A DNA stretch of 64,000 nucleotides from Actinomycetota bacterium. Its GTDB lineage: Bacteria; Actinomycetota; Acidimicrobiia; Acidimicrobiales; SZUA-35. Shown one piece after another: positions 1 through 13,207 of this stretch. Location of the stretch: the NCBI GenBank assembly GCA_039195375.1, contig JBCCVL010000002.1, forward strand, positions 16,078 through 80,077. The letters run 5' to 3'. Position 1 is the stretch's first letter. Each line of letters starts with the position of its first letter. The notes beneath the pieces were generated by a model that saw only the letters and a program-made list of their open reading frames with translations, had not been told where the DNA came from and searched no databases. The position numbers and the translations under genes were made by a program.

Positions 1-3034
<3,034 letters not shown>

Positions 3035-3035
<1 letters not shown>

Positions 3036-4210
3036 CAGCGGGTCTCCGTCGGGTGCGTGGCGATGGCTTCGGCGAACCGGTCGAACAGGTACGCGCTGTC
3101 GTGGGGGCCAGGTGAGGCCTCCGGGTGGTGCTGGACCGAGAAGGCGGGGGCGCCGCCAGCGGTCAGGGCCGCCGGGTCCACCCGCAGCCCCTGGCAGACG
3201 CCGTCGTTCAGGTTGATGTGGGTCACCTCGGCCTTCCCGGCGAGGCTGTCCGGGTCGACGGCGAAGTTGTGGTTCTGGCTGGTGATCTCGACCCCACCGG
3301 TGTGCTCGTCGCGCACCGGATGGTTGGCGCCGTGGTGGCCGAAGGGAAGCTTCACGATGTCGGCCCCGATGGCGAGGGCCAGGATCTGGTGGCCGAGGCA
3401 GATGCCGAAGATCGGGACCCGGCCGAGCAACCGGCGGACCGTTTCGATGGCGTAGGTGACCTCGGTCGGGTCGCCCGGCCCGTTCGACAGGAACACCCCG
3501 TCGGGGCGGCGGGCGAGGATCTCGTCTGCGGTGGTCGAGGCCGGGACGACCTCGACGTCGCCGACCATCGTCGCCAGCATGTCGACGATCGTCGCCTTGA
3601 TCCCGAAGTCGACCGCCACGATGCGGGGCGGCACCCCGCCGTCGACCGAGCCCCGGAACGGGACCGAGTAGGGCTCGTCGGTTGTCACGGTGGCGACGAG
3701 ATCGATCCCGTCGGTGCCGGGCTCATCGGTCGCCGCCTGCTTGAGGGCGGCCAGGTCGACGGCACCGGGCCCCTCGACCGGGCCGAAGGCGCCGGGCATG
3801 GCCCCATCGTCGCGGATCACCCTGGTCAGGCGCCTCGTGTCGACGCCGGCGATGCCGGCCAGGTTCCAGCGGTTCAGGAACCCGTCGAGCGACTCCTCGG
3901 CCCGATGGTTGGAGTGCCGCCTGGCCAGATTGCGGATGATGACCCCGCGGGCGAACACCCCCCGGGACTCCGAGTCGAGGTCGACCGTCCCGTAGTTGCC
4001 GATGTGGGGGTAGGTGAACGTGATGATCTGCCCGGCGTAGGAGGGGTCGGTCAGGACCTCCTGGTAGCCGGTCAGCGCCGTGTTGAACACGACCTCACCC
4101 GAGGCCGGTCCGTCTGGTACCGCGCCGATGTGTTCCCCTTCGAAGACCGAGCCGTCAGCCAGGACGAGGGCGGCCGAGACGACCGAACCGGTGCTCACCG
4201 TTGCGCTCAT
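3035..4210 (-). CDS. carA: Carbamoyl-phosphate synthase small subunit
   Basis: [32 protein letters not shown] and HPEA glutamine amidotransferase motifs. Confidence 0.98.
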
Positions 4211-5517
4211 CTCTGCACCTGCCCATCGATCACGACCGGTTCGCCGTTGAAGATCGTGTGCCGGATCCGCCCTCGGACCTCGCGCCCGTGGAACGGGGTG
4301 TTTCCGCTGTTGCTGGCCTGGTCCGACCGGTCGACCGTCCAGACCGCCTCCGGGTCGACGACCGCCAGGTTGGCCGGGCGGCCTGGCTCGACCGGTCCGC
4401 CGTGGCGCTCGGCGATGCCGGCGATCCGGGCCGGCGTGGTCGACAGCAGGTCGACCAGTGCCTCGGTTCCGAGGTCGAGCTCGGTGTTGGCGATGGCGTA
4501 CGCCGTCTCCAGGCCGAGCATCCCCGGCGGCGCCTGGTCGAACGGCAGCTCCTTCGAGTCGGGCGTGTGGGGGGCGTGGTCGGTGGCGATGGCGTCGATC
4601 GTGCCGTCGGCCAGACCGGCCTTGATGGCGGCGACGTCGGCCGCGGTCCGCAACGGTGGGTGGACCTTGAACACCGGGTCGTAGGAGGAGCAGGCCTCGT
4701 CGGTCAGCGTGAAGTGGTGGGGGCAGGCCTCGGCCGTCACCGGGTGACCCTCACCCTTGGCCGCCCGGACCAGGGCGACGCTGCCGGCGGTCGACAGGTG
4801 CTGCAGGTGGACCCGGACGCCGGTGAGGCGGGCCAGGGCGATGTCTCGGGCAACCATCAGCTCCTCGGCCTCGGCCGGCTGGCCGCCGAGCCCGAGCCGG
4901 GACGACACCGCCCCCTCGTGCATGACGCCGCCCTGGGAGAGCGCCGTCACCTCGCAGTGCTGCGAGAGCACGATCGGCTGGCCGTCGTCGACGACGAGTG
5001 AGCCGGCGTACTCCAGGGCCCGGCGCATGAGCATGGCGTCCTGGAGGCCGGTGCCGTCGTCGGTGAACATGCGCACCCCGAGATCGGCCAGCTCCCCCAT
5101 CGGTGCCAGCGACTCGCCGTCGCGTCCGATCGTGATGGCCGCCGACGGCTTGATCTCACACAGTGCGCTCTTGCCGAACGCCAGCACCTCGGCGACCACG
5201 GCGGCGGAGTCCATGCACGGTGTCGTGTTCGGCATGGCCACCACGGCGGTGAAGCCGCCTCGGGCCGCGGCCCGGCTGCCGGACTCGATCGTCTCGGCCG
5301 CCTCGTTGCCGGGTTGGCGCAGGTGCACGTGCAGGTCGACGAAGCCGGGCACGACGTGGCAGCCGGCGGCGTCGAGGACGCGGTCGGCCCAGTCGGTGGC
5401 GGACCCGTCCGGGGTCCCGACCACCTGTCCGGTCGTCTCATCGACGGCGACGTCGACCGTGCGCCGTCCGAGTTGGTCCACCACCGTTCCACCGGTGATT
5501 GCGAGCAGGCTCATCAC
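4207..5517 (-). CDS. pyrC: Dihydroorotase (start could be ATG 5514)
   Basis: DLHVHLRQPG, MPNTTP, HLQHLST, ATDHAPH motifs; position in the pyr operon. Confidence 0.96.
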   Translation of the reverse strand: MMSLLAITGGTVVDQLGRRTVDVAVDETTGQVVGTPDGSATDWADRVLDAAGCHVVPGFVDLHVHLRQPGNEAAETIESGSRAAARGGFTAVVAMPNTTPCMDSAAVVAEVLAFGKSALCEIKPSAAITIGRDGESLAPMGELADLGVRMFTDDGTGLQDAMLMRRALEYAGSLVVDDGQPIVLSQHCEVTALSQGGVMHEGAVSSRLGLGGQPAEAEELMVARDIALARLTGVRVHLQHLSTAGSVALVRAAKGEGHPVTAEACPHHFTLTDEACSSYDPVFKVHPPLRTAADVAAIKAGLADGTIDAIATDHAPHTPDSKELPFDQAPPGMLGLETAYAIANTELDLGTEALVDLLSTTPARIAGIAERHGGPVEPGRPANLAVVDPEAVWTVDRSDQASNSGNTPFHGREVRGRIRHTIFNGEPVVIDGQVQR

Positions 5518-5575
5518 TCTCCGTTCGGTTTCCTCGCTGGCGAGGGGGGTTGTGGGTTGGTCCGCCGCCGGTCGG

Positions 5576-6508
5576 TCAGGGCGCCTGGTCCGGGTCGAAC
5601 CGGCCGGGGCCGAGGAGGCGGTACAGCACCGCCATCCGGACCGGGACCCCGGCGCTCACCTGGTCGAGGACCAGGCAACGGGGATCGTCGGCCACCTCGG
5701 GATCGATCTCGACCCCCCGGTTCATGGGGCCGGGATGCATGATCAGCGCATCGGGTCGGAGCCGGTCGAGCCGCTCGACGGTGAGGCCGTAGCGGGCCCG
5801 GTACTCCCGCACGGTCGGGAAGGCGCCGGCGGCCAGCCGCTCCTGCTGGATGCGGAGGAAGTAGGCGACGTCGACGTCGGCCAAGGCGGTGTCGACGTCT
5901 GGCTCGACCTTGACCGGCCAGCCCTCCAGGCTCGGCGGCAGCAGGGTCCGTGGCCCGACGAGGATCACCTCGGCCCCGAGGGCGGTGAAGGCCTCGACGT
6001 TCGACCGGGCGACCCTCGAGTGCTGGATGTCGCCGCAGATCGCGACCTTGCGGCCGTCGAGGCCGCCGAGGCGCTCGGTGATCGTGTAGCAGTCGAGCAG
6101 CGCCTGGGTCGGGTGCTGGTGCCAGCCGTCGCCGGCGTTGACCACCGAGGTGTCGGTCCAGTGGGCGATCCGGTGCGGCGCCCCCGAACTGCTGTGGCGG
6201 ACGACGACGGCGTCGACCCCCATCGCAGCGATCGTCTCGACGGTGTCGCGAAGCGACTCACCCTTTGCGGTCGACGACGACGAGACCGAGAAGTTCACCA
6301 CGTCGGCCGAGAGCCGGCGGGCGGCGAGGTCGAAGCTGGTCCTGGTCCTCGTCGAGTCCTCGAAGAAGGCGAGCACGACCGTCTTGCCCCGCAGGGCCGG
6401 GACTTTCGGGATGTCGCGGGTCTGGACCTCGGCGAAGCCCCTGGCCAGGTCGAGCAGCTCCTCCAGATCGCCCCGGCTCAGCTCGTTGATCGACAGCAGG
6501 TGCTTCAT
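5576..6508 (-). CDS. pyrB: Aspartate carbamoyltransferase catalytic subunit
   Basis: FFEDSTRTRTSF, HPTQALLD, MHPGPMNRGVEI. Confidence 0.98.
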   Translation of the reverse strand: MKHLLSINELSRGDLEELLDLARGFAEVQTRDIPKVPALRGKTVVLAFFEDSTRTRTSFDLAARRLSADVVNFSVSSSSTAKGESLRDTVETIAAMGVDAVVVRHSSSGAPHRIAHWTDTSVVNAGDGWHQHPTQALLDCYTITERLGGLDGRKVAICGDIQHSRVARSNVEAFTALGAEVILVGPRTLLPPSLEGWPVKVEPDVDTALADVDVAYFLRIQQERLAAGAFPTVREYRARYGLTVERLDRLRPDALIMHPGPMNRGVEIDPEVADDPRCLVLDQVSAGVPVRMAVLYRLLGPGRFDPDQAP

Positions 6509-7071
6509 CGCTCGACCTCCCCGAGCTCCACCCCGTCGAGGGTGGCGTTGACCGCCTCGTTTCGCCTGGTCGGCAGGTTCTTGCCGACGTAGTCCGGTCG
6601 GATCGGCAGCTCGCGGTGTCCTCGGTCGACCATGACCGCGAGCTGGATCGCCCGTGGCCGACCCCGGTCGATGATGGCGTCCAGGGCGGCCCGGATGGTC
6701 CGACCCGTGAACAGCACGTCGTCGACGAGGACGACGATCTTGCGGTTGAGGTCGACGTCGATCTCGGTGACCGCCTCCGGCAGCACCGGCCGCAGGTTGA
6801 TGTCGTCGCGATAGAAGGCCACGTCGAGCCTGCCGGTCGGCACGGCGACCGATTCGATCTCGACCAGGGCGGTGGCGATCGCCTCGGCGAAGGGGACGCC
6901 GCCGGTCTGCAGCCCGATCAGGACCAGATCGTCGAGGCCCTTGTTGGCCTCCACGATCTCGTGGGCCATGCGACGGACGGCCCGGCCGACCGACTCGGCA
7001 TCGAGAACGAGCGAACGGGGGACGAAGACCCCGCCGTAGGGAGGTGTCCGTCGTCGTTCGCGCTCGGCCAA
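6505..7071 (-). CDS. pyrR: PyrR regulator / uracil phosphoribosyltransferase
   Basis: VLVDDVLFTGRT, DRGHRELPIRPDYVGKNLPT; TTG start 5 nt downstream of AAGGAG. Confidence 0.97.
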   Translation of the reverse strand: MAERERRRTPPYGGVFVPRSLVLDAESVGRAVRRMAHEIVEANKGLDDLVLIGLQTGGVPFAEAIATALVEIESVAVPTGRLDVAFYRDDINLRPVLPEAVTEIDVDLNRKIVVLVDDVLFTGRTIRAALDAIIDRGRPRAIQLAVMVDRGHRELPIRPDYVGKNLPTRRNEAVNATLDGVELGEVER

Positions 7072-7076
7072 GCCAT

Positions 7077-7106
7077 CTCCTTCCGTTCGGGCCTCACAGG
7101 ACCCGA
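7077..7106 (-). promoter_or_regulatory. PyrR-binding RNA hairpin next to the pyrR Shine-Dalgarno
   Basis: The - strand reads UCGGGUCCUGUGAGGCCCGA-ACGG-AAGGAG. It fits the PyrR loop consensus ARUCCNGNGAGGYU apart from the end bases and is closed by a UCGGG/CCCGA stem. Candidate -10 TAGGAT at 7172-7177. Confidence 0.85.
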
Positions 7107-7222
7107 TTCACGGACGATCATGGGCAGCCTCGCTGGGCTCGCTTGACGCAGCCCCACGAGAGCTGGCCGCGATCCTAGCGAGCGTCGTTCGATCGCGCGC
7201 CGACCCCGGCGTGGATTTCCCC

Positions 7223-8065
7223 TCAGCTGCCGCGAAAGGTGGGTGTTCGCTTCTCGACGAAGGCGGCCGCCGCCTCCTTGTGGTCGTCGGTCGACATCGA
7301 CCGGGCCATCGCCGGTGCCTCGGCGTCGAGCGCCGTGGCCAGATCGACCGTCTGGGCCCGCTCGATGTTCTCCTTGATGTAGCGGAGCGCGATCGGAGGT
7401 CTGGCTGCCAGCTCGTGGCAGAAGTCGAGCGCCGCCTCGGCGAAGCCGTCGTCTGGCAGGACCCGGTTGACCAGGCCGAGCTCCGCAGCCTCCGTCGCCG
7501 ACAAGCGGGGCGACATCCAGTACAGCTCCTTGGCCTTGGCCGAGCCGACGAGCTGGGTCAGGAACCAGCTGCCGCCGAAGTCGCCGGAGGCGCCGATGCT
7601 GCTGAAGGCGGTGACGAGGATGGCTCGCTCGGCTGCGATGCGCAGGTCGGCGGCGAGGGCGATCGACAGGCCGGCCCCGGCCGCCGCGCCTGGCAGCGCA
7701 GCCACCACCGGCTTGGGGAGCTGTCGCAGGGCGAGCGACACCTCGCGTTGGCGGCGGCGGAGGTCGGCCACCCGCTCCTCGACCGACGGGGCCGAGCCCG
7801 CCTCGGCGTTGTTCCGCTGGTTCATGCCCTTGACGTCGCCCCCGGCGCAGAACGCCGAACCGGCACCGGTGAGCATCACCACGCGAATCTCCGGGTCGGC
7901 GGCGATGACGGGGATGGCGTTGCCGAAGCCGGTGTAGACCCCGCCGGACAGGGCGTTGCGTCGCTCCGGTCGGTTGAAGGTCAGGACGGCGACGTGGCCG
8001 ACCTTCTCCCCAAGCAGGTCGTCGGTGCCGGTGTCCAGTGCGTGCCGCTCGGCCGGTGCGTCCAT
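7223..8065 (-). CDS. Crotonase / enoyl-CoA hydratase-isomerase family protein (PaaG-like)
   Basis: NRPERRNAL, AFCAGGD, AAGAG, FVEKRTPTF; has GDFGG (Asp) and appears to lack the two catalytic Glu of classical hydratases. Confidence 0.9.
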   Translation of the reverse strand: MDAPAERHALDTGTDDLLGEKVGHVAVLTFNRPERRNALSGGVYTGFGNAIPVIAADPEIRVVMLTGAGSAFCAGGDVKGMNQRNNAEAGSAPSVEERVADLRRRQREVSLALRQLPKPVVAALPGAAAGAGLSIALAADLRIAAERAILVTAFSSIGASGDFGGSWFLTQLVGSAKAKELYWMSPRLSATEAAELGLVNRVLPDDGFAEAALDFCHELAARPPIALRYIKENIERAQTVDLATALDAEAPAMARSMSTDDHKEAAAAFVEKRTPTFRGS

Positions 8066-8164
8066 CGCCTTCCCCTGTCGTCGACGGGCTCGTCACCACG
8101 ACCGTAGCGGTCGCCCCGGAGCGCTTCGAATCCCTCTCGGCGGTCGACCGACCCGGGGCGGTGC

Positions 8165-9337
8165 CTAGCCGGCCAGGATCGGGACCGCGGTGGCGAGCAG
8201 GGTCGCTGCTCGGGCTGCGCCCTGCAGTGCCGTGTCGATCAGGACCCCACCGGGACCGGTCCTGTCCGGGGCCATGACGGAGATCCGGTAGGTGTACGAC
8301 CGCTCGGTGCCGTCGATGACGACGCCGTCGACCCGCACCTCGACGTCGAGATCGGCGGTGCGACCGGCCGGCCAGGAATCGCCGGTCAGGGCGGTTGCCA
8401 GGGCGGCGGCCTCGCCGCTGGCCGAGGCGTCCGGCTCCCAGACCACGATCGGTGCCGGCACGTAGCCGGCGAGGCTGTGGCGGGTGACGACGTCGAGCGC
8501 GACGTCGTGGCCGTCGACGGTCATCCCAACCGTCGCCCGGTCGAAGTCGGCGCCGGCCAGCCCGAACGACCAGCGGGGGTGGACCACCTCACCCGGCACG
8601 TAGCCCCGGGGCGGCCAGGCGACGAAACCGTCCGCCTCGCGGACGGGTGGGGGCTCGTCGAACACACCGTCGTCGAACACCCAGAGGGCGTTGGCGGGGT
8701 AGCTGTCGCGGCTGCCGGCGACGTGGCCGACGCCCATCTCCGTCGTCGGGGGATGGAGGATCGTGTTGCGGTGGCCGACGTCGCGGTTCCGCTCCCCCGG
8801 GTCCTCGATGTAGCCGTCGATGGCGGCGGGACCGATCCGTCCGAGATAGAGGTTGCTGTTGGCCGCCGCCTCCCGACCGGTTGCGTCCAGGCAGTCGAAG
8901 CTGTCGTCGGGAGCGTGGCTGAGGCGACCGGTTGCGCTCATCGTGAGGGCGGCGTGCTGGGCCTTGGCCGAGTACTCCTCGCTCAGGCGGACGGTCGCCG
9001 GGACCCCGGCCAGGCCGCGATAGAAGTTGACCCGCCCGATCGTCGCTCCGGCCAGGGCCAGCGACGCATCGCCGGCCCGGCAGGCACCGTAGGAGCCGGA
9101 CCATGCCATCTCCGGGGTCTCCCGGGACCGCTCGATGGCCCAGGCGACGGCGACGGCGTCCCGGTTGGAGGTGTCGATCCAGGGCTCGACGAGCGTGCCG
9201 GCCGGACGCTCGGTCCCGGCCAGGAGACCGGTGAGCAGGACCGCAACCGCGATGAAGACGCCGCCGAGACGCGGTCCGTCGCCGGTCCGGGGCGGGGTGG
9301 CGACGACCGGTGGCGGCGTACGGAGGCGGCGGAACAC
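8165..9337 (-). CDS. Exported CAP/SCP domain protein
   Basis: N-terminal hydrophobic segment; NFYRGLAGV, AQHAA...LSH, GHRNTIL CAP-type motifs. Confidence 0.8.
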   Translation of the reverse strand: MFRRLRTPPPVVATPPRTGDGPRLGGVFIAVAVLLTGLLAGTERPAGTLVEPWIDTSNRDAVAVAWAIERSRETPEMAWSGSYGACRAGDASLALAGATIGRVNFYRGLAGVPATVRLSEEYSAKAQHAALTMSATGRLSHAPDDSFDCLDATGREAAANSNLYLGRIGPAAIDGYIEDPGERNRDVGHRNTILHPPTTEMGVGHVAGSRDSYPANALWVFDDGVFDEPPPVREADGFVAWPPRGYVPGEVVHPRWSFGLAGADFDRATVGMTVDGHDVALDVVTRHSLAGYVPAPIVVWEPDASASGEAAALATALTGDSWPAGRTADLDVEVRVDGVVIDGTERSYTYRISVMAPDRTGPGGVLIDTALQGAARAATLLATAVPILAG

Positions 9338-9440
9338 CCCCCTCTATCGGCGGAACGGAGCTTGGCGTTGAGCCCCAGGCGACAGCCGGATGGTTGCCGG
9401 CCTCGCTCGGTCGGACCGGCCATGACCGGCGGTGGGGCCG

Positions 9441-9854
9441 TCAGGACGACTCGGCGCCCTCGACCTGGGCTGCGACCGTGGCCAGGATGCCGTTGACGAA
9501 CCGCCCGGACCCCTCGGTCGAGTAGCGGCTGGCCAGCTCGACCGCCTGGGCCAGAACGACCCCTGGCGGGGTCTCGGCGGCCAACAGCTCGCCGACGGCC
9601 TGGCGCATGACCACCAGGTCGATGGCGGGCATGCGCGACAGCGACCACCGGGTCGAGGCCCCGTCGATCAACTCGTCCGCCGTCGCCCGATGCTCTTCGG
9701 CCAGGCGGAGCAGCTCGACGGTGAATTCGTCCGGGGCCAACGTCAACGAGTCGAGGAGCTCGTCGACCGACCAGTGACGGATCTCGGCCTCGTAACCGAG
9801 CTCGATTGCTCGTTCCCGGCTCTCCCGGCGTGACCGCTGCCCGCTCTCGGTCAT
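9441..9854 (-). CDS. nusB: Transcription antitermination factor NusB
   Basis: RRESRERAIELGY, WSLSRM..ID, FVNGIL; follows efp. Confidence 0.93.
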   Translation of the reverse strand: MTESGQRSRRESRERAIELGYEAEIRHWSVDELLDSLTLAPDEFTVELLRLAEEHRATADELIDGASTRWSLSRMPAIDLVVMRQAVGELLAAETPPGVVLAQAVELASRYSTEGSGRFVNGILATVAAQVEGAESS

Positions 9855-9874
9855 GGACCGTCTACCGCGGGCCG

Positions 9875-10438
9875 TCAGGCCCGGGTCTGGTACTCGCCGG
9901 TGCGGGTGTCGACCTTGACCCGGTCACCGGTCTCGACGAACAGGGGCACCTGCACGACGAGGCCCGTCTCGAGGGTGGCCGGCTTCCGGGCGCCCGAGAC
10001 GCGGTCGCCCTGGATACCGGGCTCGGTCTCGGTCACCGCCAGCTCGACCGAGGCCGGCAGGTCGGTTCCGATGATCTCGTCGCCGTACATGAGGAACAGC
10101 AGCGACTGGCCCTCGGAGATGTAGTCGCCGGCCGAGCCCATGGCACCGGAGGGCACGTTCATCTGCTCGAACGTCTCGTTGTCCATCACCGCGAAGTCGT
10201 CACCGTCTCGGTACAGGTACTGCTTCTCCCGCTTCTCGATGAAGGCGCTCTCCATCCGCTCACCCGCCCGGAACGTCCGGTCGACCACGGCACCGGACCG
10301 CACGTTGCGCAGCGTGGTGCGGACGAACGCACCACCCTTGCCTGGCTTGACGTGCTGGAACTCCTGGAGCTGGAACAACCCGTCGTCGAGCTCGACGTGC
10401 ATCCCGTTCTTGAAATCGCTGGTGCTGATCGTGGCCAT
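9875..10438 (-). CDS. efp: Elongation factor P
   Basis: HVKPGKGGAFVR, KPATLETG, VQVPLFV. Confidence 0.98.
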   Translation of the reverse strand: MATISTSDFKNGMHVELDDGLFQLQEFQHVKPGKGGAFVRTTLRNVRSGAVVDRTFRAGERMESAFIEKREKQYLYRDGDDFAVMDNETFEQMNVPSGAMGSAGDYISEGQSLLFLMYGDEIIGTDLPASVELAVTETEPGIQGDRVSGARKPATLETGLVVQVPLFVETGDRVKVDTRTGEYQTRA

Positions 10439-10498
10439 TGGCCACCACGCTACCGGGCTCGCTCAGGGTCCGGTCGGCCGGCGTTCCGCCGGATGTGG

Positions 10499-11629
10499 TC
10501 AGTCGGTCGGGACGAGATGGTCCTTCGGGGCGCCGGTGAGGGCGACACCTCCGTCATCGGTCACCAACACCGAATCCTCGATGCGGATGCCGCCGTCACC
10601 GGGGAGGTAGACGCCCGGCTCGACGGTCACGACCTGGCCGGCCCGCAGCGATCCGGTCGCCCTGGTCGAGAGGAAGGGCTGCTCGTGGATCTCCAGACCG
10701 ATTCCGTGGCCGGTGCCGTGGACGAACGCCTCGCCGAGTCCTCGCTCGGTCAGCAGGTCACGACAGGCGGCGTCGACGGTTCGCTCCTCGACGCCGGCCA
10801 CCACCGTCGCCACCCCGGCGGCCTGAGCCGCCTCGACGGCCCGGTAGCGGTCGAGCACCTCGTCGGCGACGGGGTCGAGCAGGAAGCTGCGGGTCATGTC
10901 GCTGCCGTAGCCGTCGACGGCGGCGCCGAAGTCCATGACCACGGCATCGCCGGGGGCGAGCGGGCGGTCGGACGGGGTGGCGTGGGGCTTGGCGCTGTTC
11001 GGACCGGCGGCGACGATCGTCGGGAAGCTCAGGCCGTCTGCGCCGAGATCGATCATCAGGCGGTCGAGCTCCCTGGCGATCGCCCGCTCGGTCCGACCGA
11101 CGACGAGTGACGGCGCGAGCAGGGCCAGCGCGGCGTCGGCGATGCCGGCGGCCCGGCGGAGGCGGGCGATCTCGCCGGCGTCCTTGTCCTGGCGCAGCGC
11201 CTCGACCAGGTCGACGGTGGCCACGACGTCCCGGCCGTCGAGCCAACGCTCGACCTGGCGGGCCAGGTCCCACGTCAGGTGCGCCGCCTCGAGCCCGACC
11301 CGGGCCGCGGTCCCGACACCGGCCCCGACCGGTCCTGACCGGTCCCGGTCGATGGCGACGGTGGCGGACACCCCCGCCACCTCGAGCTGCTGGGCGACCT
11401 GGATCTCGTAGCGGTCGTCGGTGATCACCGTGAGCTCGTCCTCGGTCACGACCGCCGTGCCGGCGCTGCCGGTGAACCCCGTCAACCAGCGGATGTTCTG
11501 GGGCTTGGTCACCACAAGTGCGTCGAGCTCGTCGTCGGCGAGCCGGCGACGGAGACGATCGAGCCGGACGGCCCGGTCCATCGGCAGCAGGTCGTCAGCG
11601 TCGCCGACCGGACCCGCGGCGGTCGTCAC
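10499..11629 (-). CDS. Xaa-Pro aminopeptidase (M24 family)
   Basis: WLTGFTGS, DFGA...SDMTR, HGTGHGIGLEIHE, TVEPGVY, GIRIED. Confidence 0.93.
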   Translation of the reverse strand: MTTAAGPVGDADDLLPMDRAVRLDRLRRRLADDELDALVVTKPQNIRWLTGFTGSAGTAVVTEDELTVITDDRYEIQVAQQLEVAGVSATVAIDRDRSGPVGAGVGTAARVGLEAAHLTWDLARQVERWLDGRDVVATVDLVEALRQDKDAGEIARLRRAAGIADAALALLAPSLVVGRTERAIARELDRLMIDLGADGLSFPTIVAAGPNSAKPHATPSDRPLAPGDAVVMDFGAAVDGYGSDMTRSFLLDPVADEVLDRYRAVEAAQAAGVATVVAGVEERTVDAACRDLLTERGLGEAFVHGTGHGIGLEIHEQPFLSTRATGSLRAGQVVTVEPGVYLPGDGGIRIEDSVLVTDDGGVALTGAPKDHLVPTD

Positions 11630-13173
11630 GCGGTCACCCCCGACCCCGGGGTCCGCCCCGTGGTCGCGGCGCCCCGCCCGTTCGGCTCGCCTTCGATGGC
11701 GGCCAGGGCTCCGGCGAGCAGGCGTCGGTCGTCGACCGGGACCGGCTCGACCCCGGACGGCCCGTCGAGGACGAAGGTGACCCCGTCGATCGCCTTCTTG
11801 TCACGGGCGAACAGGTCGATGACGTGGTCGTGGTCGAGCCCGACCGGCAGCGTGCCGTCGAGCCCGTAGGCGGCCACGACCCGGCGGTGCTCGGCCACCC
11901 GGTCGCGGTCGATGCGGCCGAGGGCGGCCGCCACCTCGGCGGCGTAGATCAGGCCGATGGCCACCGCCTCGCCGTGGCGGATCCCGTCGCGATCGCCGAG
12001 CGAACCGGCGCCGTGGCCGGCGATGGTCTCGAGGGCGTGGGCCAGCGTGTGCCCGTAGTTGAGGATGGCTCGACGGCCCCCCTCACGCTCGTCGCCGGAC
12101 ACCACCTCGGCCTTGATGGCGACGGAGCGGGCGACCCGCTCGACCACCTCGAGCCGATCGAGCTGCCCGCCGCCGAGGAAGTGGTACTTGGCCAACTCGC
12201 CCATGCCGGCACCGAATTCCCGAGGTGGCAACGTGTCGAGCGTGTCGACGTCGCACAGCACCGCGTCCGGCTGCCAGAACGCCCCGACCAGGTTCTTGCC
12301 CTCCGGGAGGTTGACCCCGCACTTGCCGCCGATGGCGGCGTCGATCTGACCGAGCAGCGTGGTCGGCACGTGGATCACCGGGATGCCCCGGTGGTAGCTG
12401 GCAGCCACGAACCCGGCGAGGTCGGACACGACGCCACCGCCGATCGACACCACGCAATCGGCCCGGGTCAGGCCCCAGGCGGCGAACGACGACGCCAGCC
12501 GACCGACGACGTCGAGCCGCTTGGCCTCCTCGCCGTCGGGGACCAGGAACACCTCCTGGTCGCGTCCGGTGTCGATGTCGACACCGACTCCCGGCTGGGT
12601 GATGACCGCAACCCGCTTGGCCCGCTCGGGCAGGTGATGGGCCAGCTCGTGGCGGACGCCTCGCCCGACCACGATCGGATAACCCCGCCCACCGTCGAGC
12701 TCGACCCGCTCGACCCGGCGCTCGGGCCGATCTCCAATCGCGTCGACGGCCGACTCGATGGCGTCGACCAGCCCGGTCACGACCGACGCCCGACCGACTG
12801 GCACGATCACGTCGGCCGCGATCGTCAGCGGACCGAGCCACCGGGACCGGCGATCGGCCGGCTCGGGCTCGCCGCCGCGGGCCGGGTCGTCGAGCCCGGC
12901 GGCGAGGCGGGCGGCGAGGGCGTCGTCGTCCCCGTCGAGCCAGACGACGGTTGCCCGGCGCCGGAGCTCGGCACGGGCCTCGCCCCCGGCCAGGAGACGG
13001 GGGGCGACGGCGATGGCGGGAGGCCGCTCGTCGAGCCGGGCCCGGAGGGCGCCGAGGTCGAGTAGCGGGTCGATGTCGGCGGTCGGGGCGCCGCGCCGGG
13101 CGGCGATAGCGGCCGCAACCGGGGCGATGCCGGCGCCGGCCAGGCCGACGACGGCCAGGGGCTTGGCGTTCAC
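11626..13173 (-). CDS. aroB: 3-dehydroquinate synthase with an N-terminal degenerate shikimate-kinase-like domain
   Basis: GGGVVSDLAGF, PTTLLGQIDAAIGGK, LNYGHTLAHALE, HGEAVAIG. The first ~150 aa resemble AroK (VVGLAGAG, VVWLD). Confidence 0.92.
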   Translation of the reverse strand: MNAKPLAVVGLAGAGIAPVAAAIAARRGAPTADIDPLLDLGALRARLDERPPAIAVAPRLLAGGEARAELRRRATVVWLDGDDDALAARLAAGLDDPARGGEPEPADRRSRWLGPLTIAADVIVPVGRASVVTGLVDAIESAVDAIGDRPERRVERVELDGGRGYPIVVGRGVRHELAHHLPERAKRVAVITQPGVGVDIDTGRDQEVFLVPDGEEAKRLDVVGRLASSFAAWGLTRADCVVSIGGGVVSDLAGFVAASYHRGIPVIHVPTTLLGQIDAAIGGKCGVNLPEGKNLVGAFWQPDAVLCDVDTLDTLPPREFGAGMGELAKYHFLGGGQLDRLEVVERVARSVAIKAEVVSGDEREGGRRAILNYGHTLAHALETIAGHGAGSLGDRDGIRHGEAVAIGLIYAAEVAAALGRIDRDRVAEHRRVVAAYGLDGTLPVGLDHDHVIDLFARDKKAIDGVTFVLDGPSGVEPVPVDDRRLLAGALAAIEGEPNGRGAATTGRTPGSGVTA

Positions 13174-13207
13174 GGGGCCAATCTAACCCGGCCGGCGGTC
13201 GGCCGGT

